A stretch of 64,000 nt of DNA, taken from contig NC_092400.1 in assembly GCF_030028105.1 (NCBI RefSeq), positions 24,448,206 to 24,512,205 on the forward strand, written 5' to 3'. This document shows, piece after piece, positions 12,053 to 24,692 of this stretch. Within the stretch, counting starts at the first letter, position 1; every line of letters starts with the position of its first letter. The stretch comes from Mobula birostris (Eukaryota). The position numbers and the translations under genes are program-made. The notes under the pieces are model-generated. The model did not search any database. It was not told the DNA's origin and worked only from the letters and a program-made list of their open reading frames with translations.

Positions 12053-13233
12053 TTAACAGAGGGAAGGAGCACCTTACACCTCCTTTGTTAGAGACGAATC
12101 TCCAGCCTGCCACCCAAAACTACAACAATGCTTAAACTATATTGAATGCCAATTTAGATATGAACAAGAAAGTCTGTTCTGTTATCCTGGCCACTTTGGA
12201 ATAACCTAACTGGATTTGTACCTTGCTTTACTGTGGCATTTGGATGAGTGCAGGAACACGATCTCTTGTTTTCTCTTTCTTGAATACATTGAAAACATGT
12301 TGGTCAGTGATTATATCTGAAGGCGGGGACAAAACCAGCATTTACAATGTCTGCAGCTTGGAGGGAACGAGAGGAAGTTATGGAGCAAAGGGGAAGAAGT
12401 TAGTTTAGAGAGTTGGCGTGGGGATGAGGAAGAGCGGCTGAAGATCCTGAAGCATCGTATGATTAATTATTGACAAAACCTTTGATGACTCTGAAAATCA
12501 GTGTGCAGCAAGGTCAGCAAATGGAATTCTCCTTATTCTGCTTTTTCTCCATGTAGATTTTGGCTGTGGGAATAGCACTTTACAGGCAACTTCCCAAGAT
12601 ACATAAGAGTTCTATTCTTAGGAGCTATCTGTAAGATGACTTCCCCATAAGTCTTAAGCACTCTTAAGTCTTCTATGACCTGATCCATTTTCTATCATAA
12701 TCCACGTCAATTCGCTCTCCATACATTTGCTATAATACTTTCATTTTATTCGATAATCGCCTGAAAACTATCCATAATTAAATTAATGGAATATATACTG
12801 TATCCACTCACTAATCAATACCATGATTTATTATTAGTATCTATACTTGGAGAAGCCAAATGGATTGCAACTCACTATTATATTTTTTTTCACTCAAGTT
12901 GGTAAAACCTCTGGTGCAGGCATAGCAAAGCAAACTGATTTCTCAATTGCTAGGATCTTTTGGACTATTCTAGTGGTGTTTAGTGTTGTCGCTTTCTGGG
13001 GATTTACATAAATATTGCTGCGTCGGTCTAATTGTTTATTACTATTGTGTAGAACCTTTGGGATGATACCAGTCGACGATATTACTTTTGGGAAAATGTA
13101 TACCATGTTCATGTTCTATAGTCTTTCAATTTCCTCTTTTAATTCAGCATTTTTCTGGTGTTTTTCACATTGATTTCTGGATGTTATGTGTGTTTGGAAT
13201 GGCTATGCCTATTAAGTAAGTTGTTCTTGCTAG

Positions 13234-14094
13234 TGTTACAAGAATCACCCCTTGTAATAATGATCAGTGAGGCACAGAGAATCTGTATTTACCAACAAGT
13301 AACTTCTATTATTTCTACTGGAGGCACATGGGTTCACACTCTTATCTACCTGTGTGGTCCCTACTAGAACCCCTGACACTCCAAGGAGGTCAATGAAGAG
13401 AAAAGGTATTACCTGGGAAAGGAGCCTACGCTGGCCGGGCGTTCCTCATGGTCCCAATCTCCACGTGCCCATTGGGTCCTCCTTATCCGCGATGGTTGGT
13501 CCCTGGCTGCTGGAGAGTTATCGCCCCTGCGTATTTGGAGCTCCTGAGTCTTATGCTGTTTCTCATCAATTGAACCATTGGCTCTCCGCCCCATTGGCTC
13601 AAGGTCACCTGACCCACCTGGGTCACCTTCTTACTGGTCATTGTACAGGGCTACAGCCAACATTGTTCCATGTCTCTGCCCACCCCAGCCTTGTGTATTT
13701 GTGCCTTTACACTCTGACTGGTCCAAACCAGTTTAAATGAGGCAACCCAGACAGAGTCTAACAATATTACAGCTTGCTTCTTTGGCATTTTACATAACAA
13801 GTAGCTACTCCTCTGAGAATGGTCTCAAGTTTATTGCTCTGATTAGGTTGTCCCAGAGTCAAGAATCAATTCAGAGTCCATTCCCTTTACATAACAAATA
13901 GCTACTTTTTTTGAGAATGGTCTCAGGTTTAGCAGATCATTACTTGAAACTTCCTGTGTCCACATTCAGTTGCTCTGATTAGATTATCCAAGAGCACTAA
14001 TTATGTTCAGAGTCCACAAAATGGGGGAAACAAAGGCAACTAGCTTGTCTGCTTCCCCTGTCCTTGATTAGACTGCAGTTTCTTCTGCCCAACA
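13234..14094 (-). mobile_element. Solo LTR (861 bp) inserted in the R4/Dong RLE domain
   Basis: TGTTACA...CCCAACA ends; 4-bp TSD CTAG/CTTG; removal restores the host reading QDKQARTT; internal duplicated block; CCAAT boxes. Confidence 0.8.
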
Positions 14095-15242
14095 CTTGTT
14101 TATCCTGTAATATTATATCTGGATGGTTATTATGGATTGTCCTATCTGTAATAATGGATTGGTTGTAATATAATTTGTAGGACTCTGATTCCAAAACTGT
14201 TTCAGACCTGTACTTATAAGGTATGGTGCCTTTTATGAACATGTATTTTAAAGCAAGATTTTGGTGAGTATGTTTGCCACTTGATTGTGCCTGTGTAAGT
14301 AATCAGATTGAGTTAAACTGTTGCAGGATCCTGTAGTATGTTGGATTGTTTTTGGTTTCTCTCGGCATTTTCTGCATTTATTGTCTTGAATTTGATGGTC
14401 TTTTATTATGTATTTTTGATAAATTTTGTGTTAAACACTTGGTCCTGTATTGTCACCAGGAACCCCTTTGTTTCTGGAAAGAAGCCTCCAAGTCTCCGAC
14501 AAGCATTTGACACTTCCTTGTCAACACTGAATCATCTCAGATTGTGGGGATGTCTTCCATGGAGGTTCATGGTCTTCCCCAGTTAACTTTTTCTTCTATA
14601 GTGGAAAATTCTTCCATTTTTCTGGGTTGTGCTTTCATTTAAGTTTAGTAGTGCATACTTCTTATCAGAAATGCATATGCTTGCGTAGAGTGCTGAGCCC
14701 TGTTTTCATTGATGAAAATATGTCCTTAGGGGTTTTATTTGACCATTACGTAAACTTTTTATGTCTGTTCTTACTTTTCCTCCTTCTGTCCTGGGTAGTG
14801 TTAATCTAAGTGTCTTCGAGTATACTGTACATAGTGTTTTCTAAAATTTGTCGTTTCTGTTCTTATTTTTCCACTGGAAATTTTCCAGATTGGCTTTAGA
14901 CCAAGTTATTATACCAAAAGAATGCTTTAATATGGGTATAGCGAAAGTGTTTATTGCCTTTGTTATATTTTTACTATTGAGTCCTGTGAGTGGTGATTAG
15001 TTGCGGGATACAAGATACAAGATTTTCTTAAACCTTGAAGTAATTTCTGTCCAATGTTTTCACTGTATCGCACAATGATCTATTTTCTTTCCTTGTTGAT
15101 ATCCCAGATACTTATATCTTTCTTCTTCATCCATTGGTTGTATTGTATCCTGCTACTCTGTTTTGTATACTATTAGCTCCGTTACACCTTTCTTTTGCTT
15201 AATGTTCTGCATTTATCCACTCCAAAGTTCATGTTTATATCC

Positions 15243-15897
15243 AGGAGGAGAAGATGGCGGCGCGACGCAGCTTGCGCAGCCACTCCGGTGAATGATATCT
15301 GTAATTTGTCAAGTAGGGTGCCCTGCACAATCCTGATTTGATGGTGACAGATGTGAGAGAACAGAGGAACATCTGGAGAAATTTCTGAAATGCCTTTTTC
15401 GCTGCCGCTGTTACTGTGTGATCCAGAGTCTCCGGAGGGGAAGGCCCCTTGGCGACCAGGACAGGGTTGAAGAGCTCGGCAGAGATGGTGCTCGGTGTTT
15501 GGTGTCGAAGGGCTGGTCGGAGGCTTGAAGTTTTCAGACGGACTCAGAGTCGGCTGTGGTCGGCTGCTTCCAATGCATCGACATTTGTCGGTGTCTGGAG
15601 GTTTATGGCAGAGAGAGTTTCTCCCTTCCGCCGCCTGCTATAGGAGACTATCGGGAGTCGATCAGAAATTTGAGACTTTTTTTTACCGTTCCCATGGTCG
15701 GCTCTTTATCAAATTATGGTATTACTTTGCACTGCTGTAACTATATGTTATAATTATGTGGTCTTGTTAGTGTTAGTCTTTGGTTTGTCCTTTTTTTTGT
15801 GATATCACTCTGGGCGAGCATTGTATCATTTCTTAATGCATGTATGCACTTCTAAATGACAATAAACGAGGACTGAGTGTCCTCATAATCTAATCTA
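15243..15897 (+). mobile_element. ~650 bp CpG-rich non-autonomous retroposon, copy 2
   Basis: Starts GGAGGAGAAGATGGCGGCG; ends AATAAAC-GAGGACTGAGTGTCCTC-A(TAATC)n; ATATC on both flanks; interrupts the R4 RT. Confidence 0.88.
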
Positions 15898-17711
15898 ATA
15901 TCTCTAAAAAATAGTACTATTATTTGAATTAAGTGTTTTAGCTTTACTGATGAAGAAGTGTACAATTTCAAATTGTTCATGTACAGAAGATGTGTCAAGG
16001 TATAATTTGTTTGGATATCTCTGATTTGATACCCTATTTTCATCCAATTCAGTAAATTAGAGAGTAGGTTTAAAGCTAGAGAAAACCATAGTAGGCTTAA
16101 ACAGTCGGCCTGGAAAATGCCTTGGTGTATTTTGATAACGGTGGTTATTCTTTTTTGGTTGTTAATAAATAAGGAGATTATAGTATGCCAATGGTTCATC
16201 AGATGCAATAGGAATTTCACAAGTATTGGGTGTAGTTTATATATATTAAGAGCTTCTATTAACGTGAATGTGGGACAGAAACAAATGCCTTTTGGTAGTC
16301 AATATAACATGAAAGATTTCTGCATTTCTTCAGGGCTTGATTTAGAATTACAGAATCTATTATCAGTTGTTCTTTACATCCTTTCATGCCCTTATGGCAT
16401 CCTTTCTGCTCTTCTGTAAGCATACTGTGGTTATCTACAGTAAGTGAGTGGTGATTAGTTGCAAGATACAAGATGTTACCATTTTATAAATAGTTTGTAA
16501 ACATGTAATAGGACAATATTTTGATGGATCGTCTGTGATTTCCCCTGTGGGTAAAAGATATGTTTAACCTTCTGTCGAAAATTCAGCCACTTTTTCAGGA
16601 ATTTTAAGAAAAATGTTGGTATGTATTAATCAGTACAGATGAAGGCAGGTAACTTTTTTATCCCAATATTTATCATTATAATCACTGCATACATGTTTTA
16701 TAACTGCTTTTAGCATATCTATTATAACTTCAGGTGTTTGTATGTCTTCAATTGTGTGAGTGTATTCTTTTTCCTTCCAAATTCAGCTTACTTTTTAATG
16801 GTGCATCACCCTGTTTGACTAGATATTAAACTAAAAGTTCATTGTATCTCTGTAGGTGATTCTTTGCTAGGGTTGGTGACATTTTGGTGTGTTGAATCTA
16901 GTTTCAATGTCCTGTATAAAGTTTGTTTTTATTATTCCTGAACTCATAATTCTGTTTACTTTGTCTTTCGCATTTCATGTATTTATTAAGTCTGTCTTTG
17001 TATACACCAAGCTTTTGTTTTAGTCTATCTTTCATTAGGCAGATCATATCATGTATGGACCTTATATTTCTTTAGTATTTTCTTAGCTTTTCTCTTAACT
17101 TTCTTTCTCAAGTTATCTATTTTGTATTCCATTAGGCGGGCTATTTCTGCCCCTAAGGTTCAATTTTGTTTCTTAATCTCTTCTGCCATTTCAGTGTTCT
17201 TGTTTCATTGCTCAGTTTTGGGTCTCTATTAATGGCTGTGTCTAATTTGGAGCCATTGCACTGCACTGCTGTTAATGCTGCATAGTACGGTATTATGTGT
17301 AGTTCTTCAAATGTTTCAAGTTTTCCTAAATATGGTGGTAATATAGTATTTTTGAAATCATTAACAATTTTTATGAATTTTGGTGACGTGTTTTGTTTTG
17401 GTATGTATGGTCTTTGTGTTGGGTCAGTGTCCATGTATTCTGTTAGAGTGTTGTTAAATGTTAGAATATTTTTGTCTGTAAACTCAGCTTCATTATCAGT
17501 ATTCTGTAGAGGCCTTACGTCTGTGTTGTTGCTATTACCGTTAGGTTGTGGAGCAGTTGTTGGAGTAATGCTATTTTCATCACCGTTTCGGGGTGTGGCA
17601 CCTTCATTATATTCTTGTACAGCATTGTTGTGGTCTTTGAGTTGGTTTCTTTCTAGCTCTTGCCCTGCATCATGTTTTATTTGGTTTAACAATCTATAGA
17701 GATTAATCAAA

Positions 17712-18702
17712 TCACAAACAAGAGCAAGTCTGCAGGTGCTGGAAACCTGAGCAACACACACACAAAATTCTGGAGGAACTCAGCAGGCCAGGCAGCATCT
17801 AAGGAAAAAAGTACGGTCGACGTATTTGCTAATTGCCAGCTGCTTTTGGAGGAAGGCCCCTGTACTCGAGCGGTTCCTCCCTCTCTCTTCTGATGGGGCG
17901 AGAGGGAGCCTGTCGGTTCTCGAGACGGGAGTCTTGGAGGAGCAACGTGGAAGATGATAACATCAGAACAGCAAGTTGCTGATCTCAGCTCGCATTGTTG
18001 CAGGAGTGATCTCTCTCTCCCTTGTTGGGAAAGAGAGCCTGTCTGAGATACTGAAGTGCTAGATTATGGACTGTAGCTGGATGGACTCTGGATTAAGGAC
18101 TCTTTGGGGCTTCCACTGTGAAGTGCATTGTAGGTTGTTGGGGTGGGAGGGTCAGTGCTTCTGCAGGTGTGGGTGGGGGGAGAAGTAGAGTCGATACTTT
18201 CGCTGCTGCTTATGCAAAGGCAGGGGGCTTTGGGGCTTGGGTGCTTCTATCATTCATTCTAGTGGCTTTCTTTGTTTGGTGGGTCCCCACCACCACCCAG
18301 ATCATGCTCTCTTCTTGCTGCTGTAATCAGGTAGAAAGACCAAGAGCCTCAGGACCACCAGGTTCAAGAACAGTTGCTACCTCTCAACCATCAGGTTCTT
18401 GAATAAAAGGGGATAACTGCACTCAACTTCACTTGCCCCATCACTGAAGTGTTCCCACTACAAATGATCTCATTTCAAGGACTCTTTGTCTCATTATCTC
18501 ATGGTTTCATTATTTATTGCCATTTACATATTTATATCTGCATCTGCAGTTTGTTGTCTCCTGCACTCTGGTTGATCTTTCTTTGATCCTGTTATAGTTA
18601 CTATTCTATAGATTTGCTGAACAAGTTCACAAGAAAATGAATCTCAGGGTTGTATATAGTGACATACATGTACGTACATAATAACATTTATGTTGAGCTT
18701 TC
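17712..18702. mobile_element. Composite insert in R4: Penelope terminal fragment (-), non-autonomous Rex1-tailed family piece (+), Rex1 3' end (+)
   Basis: 17712-17823 Penelope tail; 17830-18282 homologous to the reverse of 33700-34200; 18283-18702 Rex1 3' region. Confidence 0.7.
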
Positions 18703-19301
18703 CTACTCGTTGTGCATTTACTTGCATGAAGAGATACTGCAGATGAAGTTTGTCCATGTATGCTGTCAAGCCTCAAGTTCTGTTACTTGATAATATACAC
18801 GCAGTATGAATGCGATTACTCCTAATGACCAATTCATGGGTGTCTTCCTTTTCTTAACTGCTTGAGTGGTCTCTGTTGTAAGTGAACTTCTCCCCTGAGG
18901 AATGCCTGCAGCAGGCACAGCCTGTGGTGTTGTTGGGCTCCTTTGAATGCTGGCAGTATCTTTTTCGGTTTTCCTGGTGCCTACCGACCTATTCAGCAGT
19001 GCACCACTAGCGGTTTGCCAACTGTCAGGGCCAATGCTAGCCCCAGGCATGCCCTGGAAATCCCCAGGCAGTGGCTGTATTACTCTATCCTGTCGACACC
19101 TCTCCATTTCTAAAGAGAAAGCATATTGCTTTTCATACCTGCAGCTACCCTTTGGTTTCAACCACCCTTAACATGGAGAACAGACTTTCCAAAAGTTAGC
19201 TCATTTGTAACTAGGGTAGTCTTTGTATATACTGGCCCAATACTGGGTTACTACCCAATGGGTGATTACTACCCTCAGGGAGGGAGGGGGAACAGGAGAT
19301 G

Positions 19302-19810
19302 AACTCAGTGACCACTTTATTGGTACACCTGTACAGCTGCTTATTAATGCAAATGTTTTATCAGTCAATCATGTGGCAGCAACTCAGTGCATAAAAGCGT
19401 GCAGACGTGGTCAAAAGGTTCAGTTGTTGCTCAGACCAAACATCAGAATGGGGATGAAATGTGATCTAAGTGACTTTGACGGTGGAATGATCGCTGTTGC
19501 CTGCCGGGTGGTTTGGGTATCTTGGAAACTACTGATCTCCTGGGACTGTAATGCACAACACTCTCTAGAGCTTACAGTGAGTGGTGCAAAAAAACAAAAA
19601 TAAATCCAGCGAGCGGCAGCTCTGTGAGCAAACTGCTTGGTTAATAAGAGAGGTCAGAGAATGTCTAGACTGGTTCAAGCTAACAGGAAGGTGACAGTAA
19701 TACAAAAAACCATGTGTGACAGCAGTGGTGTGCAGAAGAGCACCTCTGAATGCACAACACATTGAACGTTGAAGTTAAAAGGCTACAGCAGCAAAAGGCC
19801 AGGAACATAT
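19302..19810 (+). mobile_element. Internally deleted Tc1-like transposon, copy 1
   Basis: Left TIR CTCAGTGACCACTTTATTGGTACACC; transposase N-terminus MGMKCDLSDFDGGMI...GYSSKRP. Confidence 0.88.
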
Positions 19811-20179
19811 GCTGATTATGTATTTACATATTTGATAGTGTGTTTTGTATATTGCACTGTACTGCTACCACAGAACTACAAATTTCACGACATGATTAAA
19901 AAACCTGATTCTGATTCTGAAGAACGCATGAGATCTTAACAGTTTGGTCGAATATGACTAATAACTGTGGTGGCAGCTTGGACTACAGTATTTGGAGGAT
20001 ATTATTGTTCATGGTTTTCATGATCAGTGTACTTGCTTGGAAGCCAAAAGTACCACTAAGAGTGTTCACTATTTGTCATATTGCAATGGCACCACACGTG
20101 TTGGTAGACATGCGACCAGTAACTTTTAAACCTTGTGAGGAATTGCTTAATATATTGATGGCATTATAGAATACATCTT

Positions 20180-20575
20180 TAATTTGGTCAGCTCCATCAT
20201 GGGCACTAGCCTTTGTAGTATCCAGGACAGCGTCAAGGAGCAATGCCTCTAAAAGCTGGCATCCATTATTAAGGATTCCATCACCCAGATCTTGCCTTGC
20301 TCTCAGGGAGGAGGTGCAGAAGCCTGAAGACACACACTCAATGATTCACGACCAGCTTTTCCCCCACTGCCATCCGATTTCTGAACCGTGAACACTACCT
20401 CACAACTTTTTAAATTTTTATTTTTGCACTACTTACTTAATTTAACTATATAATACACATTCCTTATTGTAATTCACAGTTTTTTTCTCTATTATTATAC
20501 ATTGCATTGTACTGCTGCTGCAAAGACAACAAACTTCATGACATAAGCCAGTGATATTAAACCTGATTCTGATTC
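20180..20575 (+). mobile_element. Rex1/Babar 3' fragment
   Basis: Homologous to 1225-1645; ATTAAACCTGATTCTGATTC tail. Confidence 0.8.
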
Positions 20576-21277
20576 AAACTCAGTGTAATTACCGATATTT
20601 TTGTATTTGCGTAGTTCAACATTTTTACATCACTAAAGGTCTGAGATAGATCCAAGAACACAGAATAGTGCAGTACAAGATGTCTGTGTTGAACACAATA
20701 CAAATTTAAACTAAATTTCTTCTGCCTGCAAATGATCCATTTATTGTACTCTGCAAATTCATGTCTCTATTGTGTCTATGTAAACACCTTTTAAGTGCCC
20801 CTCTCACACCTGCTTCCACCACTATCCCTGGCAGCCTGCTTCAGGCATCTACAACTCACTGAGTAAAAAATCTTGCTCTGCAAATCCCCCTTAAACTTGC
20901 CCCCTGTCACCATAATGCACGTACCTTAGTATCTGAATCCTCAATGAAAAAGAGGCCTGCACAAGGTAAACTTGAACTAAACATGGCTGGAGCTCTCTGT
21001 CGTTGCCTGAATAAATCTCAAGGTAGTATATGGTGACCACATATGTTCCTTGATAATATACTTACTTTGACTTTCATGTATTTGGACTACAGAGATGAAG
21101 AAGTAAGATCAAGCCTATATAAGATATATAAAGCTTGTGCATTTCTATTTGATTCTCAATACTGGTCAAAATGTTATTTAGTGAGTTTATGGGCACGAGA
21201 AAGAAATGAGGAAAAGTAATTTTACTTAAGGATTTGCCCTTTAATCTTTGTAAAGTTGGAAGAAATAGAATCAATTG

Positions 21278-21660
21278 TTCATTCATTTGTTTATTATGTG
21301 CCGTGTTGTATGACATGGGTGATCATGGTCTTTTTCCTGATTATGGTTGTTCTTGGCAAATTTTTCTACACAAGTGGTTTGCATTGTCTTCTTCTGGGCA
21401 GTGTCTTTACAAGCCGGGTGACTCCAGCCATTATGAATACTCTTCAGCGATTGTCTGCCTGGCATCAGTGGTCGCATTACCAGGACTTGTGATGTGCACC
21501 AGCTGCTCGTACGACCATCCACCACCTGCTCCCATGGCTTCACGTGATCCTGATCGTGGGGAGGCTAGGCAGGGGCTACACCTTGTCCAAGGGTGACCTG
21601 CAGGCTAGTGGAGAGAAGGAGCGCCCTACACCTCCTTTGATATCTCCACCCCACCGCCCA
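21278..21660 (-). mobile_element. RTE-type SINE-like retroposon, near-complete copy
   Basis: Reverse complement of the 4786-5183 family. Confidence 0.8.
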
Positions 21661-21798
21661 AAGATTCATTCAGTGTCTTGAAAAAAGAATTGGACAGACA
21701 CCTGAGAGAGAATATTTTGCAGGACCATTTGAAGGAGGAGAGGAGTGACTCTGGCAGGATTGCTCTACTGGTATTCAACATGGTCTTGGTGGGCTTCC

Positions 21799-23286
21799 GA
21801 ATCAGAATGAGGTTTAATATTACCAGCGTATGGAGTGAAATTTGTTAACTTTGTGGTTGTACTACAATGCAATCAATACATGATAAATATAGAAAAAAAT
21901 GAATTACATGTATATATATTAAATAGCTAAATTAAATAAGTAGTGCATAAATAGAAACTAATAACATATTCAGAAAGTCAGAAGGCATGGGATCCAGGGA
22001 AGTTTGGCCAGGTGGATTCAGAATTGGCTTGCCTGCAGAAGACAGAGGGTCATGGTAGAGGGAGTACATTCAGATTGGAGGATTGTGACTAGTGGTGTCC
22101 CACTAGGATCGGTTCTGGGATCGCTACTTTTCGTTATTTTTATTAATGACCTGGATGTGGGGGTAGAAGGGTGGGTTGGCCAGTTTGCAGACGACACAAA
22201 GGTTGGTGTGTTGTAGATAGTGTAGAGGATTGTCAAAGATTGCAGAGAGACATTGATAGGATGCAGAAGTGGGCTGAGAAGTGGCAGATGGAGTTCAACC
22301 CAGAGAAGTGTGAGGTGGTACACTTTGGAAAGACAAACTCCAAGGCAGAGTACAATGTAAATGGCAGGATACTTGATAGTGTGGAGGAGCAGAGGGATCT
22401 GGGGGTACATGTCCACAGATCCCTGAAAGTTGCCTCACAGGTAGATAGGGTAGTTAAGAAAGCTTATGGGGTGTTAGCTTTCATAAGTCGAGGGATAGAG
22501 TTTAAGTGTTACGATGTAATGATGCAGGTCTATAAAACTCTGGTTAGGCCATACTTGGAGTACAGTGTCCAGTTCTGGTTGCCTCACTATAGGAAGGATG
22601 TGGAAGCATTGGAAAGGGTACAGAGGAGATTTACCAGGATGCTGCCTGGTTTAGAGAGTATGGATTATGATCAGAGATTAAGGGAGCTAGGGCTTTACTC
22701 TTTGGAGAGAAGGAGGATGAGAGGAGACATGATAGAGGTGTACAAAATAATAAGAGGAAAAAATAGAGTGGATAGCCAGCGCCTCTTCCCCAGGGCACCA
22801 CTGCTCAGTACAAGAGGACATGGCTTTAAGGTAAGGTGTGGGAAGTTCAAGGGGGTATTAGAGGAAGGATTTTTACTCAGAGAGTGGTTGGTGCGTGGAA
22901 TGCACTGCCTGAGTCAGTGGTGGAGGCAGATACACTAGTGAAGTTTAAGAGACTACTAGACAGGTATATGGAGGAATTTAAGGTGGGGGGTTACATGGGA
23001 GGCAGGGTTTGAGGGTCGGCACAACATTGTGGGCAGAAGGGCCTGTACTGTGCTGTACTATTCTATTCTATAACAAGTAGTGAAGTTTTGTTCATTGGTT
23101 CAATGTTCATTTAGAAATCTGATGGCAGAGGGGAGGAAGCTGTTCCTGAATCACTGAGTGTGTGCTTTCAGGCTTCTGTACCTCCTTCCTGATGGTAGCA
23201 ATGAGAAGAGAGCATGTCCTGGGCGGTGGGGTCTTTAATGATTGATGTGGCCTTTCTGAGGCACCGTTCCTTGAAGATGTCTTGGA
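21799..23286 (-). mobile_element. Rex1/Babar 3' fragment split by CR1 21967-23070
   Basis: GAATCAGAAT tail at the left end; host sequence resumes near 23075; ATAACA on both sides of the CR1. Confidence 0.75.
21967..23070 (+). mobile_element. 5'-truncated CR1 LINE
   Basis: SGVPLGSVLG, FADDTKV, FNPEKCEVVHFG, ERVQRRFTRMLPG; (TTCTA)n tail. Confidence 0.95.
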
Positions 23287-24479
23287 ATCTTTTTTTTTTG
23301 TAATTTATTTTTTTATTGAATTTCATCATCAAACAAACATTTCCATAAGATGTATTTCAGATAATGTACATATATATCATATTTGTCACAAAAATCTCCC
23401 AATGTCAACTGCAAATGAGATGGAGGCTGGAGTCGTGTGAAAGCGAAAATGTTAATAGATAGGTGCAACGGTCCCACTGAAAGAATGCTGCCTGTGCATC
23501 CTGAGAAGCTGAATTTTCCACAGATTCATCTTTTCAGGGTAGAGCAGACAAAGATATTTTGTTCTACAGTTATTTTGCAATTACTTCCCAGAATACTTAA
23601 AGGAATTGGAACCGGGACAAATTCAAATCATGGTTTGAAATCCCAGTAATGAGGAAGCCCGAGGTATACCAAACAATGACTCAATCGAAATGGAGACAAT
23701 GCTGAGCCCAGTACTCTGGTACCTTCCCCCCAATCTGACATGTAACTCTCTTCTATCCAATCAGCATGGCCCGCCACCATGCAGGCCAGATGCATCTTTC
23801 TGAGTTCGCAAACAAAATATTTTAGAGCACCTTGATGTGTTAGGAATCTTTAAAAAAGACACAGTTTTATTGATGCTTCCCATGTGAGTCAGTCAGATCC
23901 TGGAAACACCTGTCTCTGTCAATCAAGAGAGGTTCAACGCATTCAGAAGCCATCTGTGAACATCAAACAAGCATTTTTCAATTTAAGCATGAAATCACTT
24001 TGTACAATGTTATTGTAAAAGTGCCAAATTTATTCTTCTACCATATTTATATGGCTCCATATTTGGAGAGGTGTTGGCCATTTCTTTTAAATGATGTGAT
24101 GCCTTCATTAAAATAGTGGGTAAAGGAATTTGAAATGGAGCATTATCATCCATTTCAAATTGATATTGTGCAGTGTAATTTGCAGGCTTAGATTCTGAAA
24201 TGTTTAGTACTCAGGGATATTTTAAACTTAAAGCTAATCTCTCCCTAGGCAAAGCAGGAGATGATTAATTAGAGCTCTATATTGCTTCCAGTGTTCTTTA
24301 GGTCATGTTGCACAAGAAAAACAGCCTCATGCCTTCCCGGGGTTTGACTGGGGGGACTGACTATAGTTCCAATAAATTAAAAAAGAAGAATTGGAATTAA
24401 GGTATTATGAGCAACAGAGTGAGGGAGAGGAAGATCTGTAGAGATCAACAGGAATTCGGAGACTGTGTATGTGGTATCA

Positions 24480-24692
24480 CAATCGAAAGAAAATCTGCAG
24501 ATGCTGAAAATCAAAGCAATACACACAAAATGCAGGAGGAATTCAGCGGGCCAGGCAGCCTCTACGGAAAAGAGTAAACAGAAAGCGTTTTTGGCTGAAT
24601 CCTGATGCAGGGTCTCGGCTCGAAATGTCGACTGTTTACTCTTTTCCGCAGATGCGGCTGGCCTGCAGAGCTCCTCCAGCATTTTGTGTGTA
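24480..24692. repeat. Fold-back pair of Penelope terminal repeats enclosing a hammerhead motif
   Basis: Arm 24521-24581 is the near reverse complement of 24632-24692; spacer contains CTGATGCAGGGTCTCGGCTCGAAATGTC. Confidence 0.85.

Larger units (their letters stand above)
8650..12115 (-). mobile_element. RTE-type SINE-like copy broken into three collinear pieces (8650-8833, 9926-10044, 12053-12115)
   Basis: The pieces are contiguous when compared with the intact copy at 21278-21660. Confidence 0.75.
12876..19290 (-). mobile_element. Near full-length R4/Dong-clade RLE non-LTR retrotransposon, pseudogenised and interrupted three times
   Basis: In order on the minus strand: N-terminal MNWS..IAFILRVYY; RT EEQKGC..GCKEQLIIDS, YIDYQKAF.SVPH, GIFQADCLS.LWF, HLLYMNNLKLY; CCHC knuckle KCRKCRE..ETIQH...SC; RLE HPDIILQDKQ...IDIAIP...QKATTLNTTRIV; short A tail. 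About 3.9 kb once inserts are removed. Confidence 0.88.

Noticed and set aside
17153-17761. 202 aa ORF as a host gene
   Set aside because: Chimeric: starts in a Penelope fragment and continues in the R4/Dong N-terminal region.
23870-23990. Cluster of AP-1 (TGAGTCA), E-box and TCF-like motifs
   Set aside because: Short motifs expected by chance; no further support from sequence alone.
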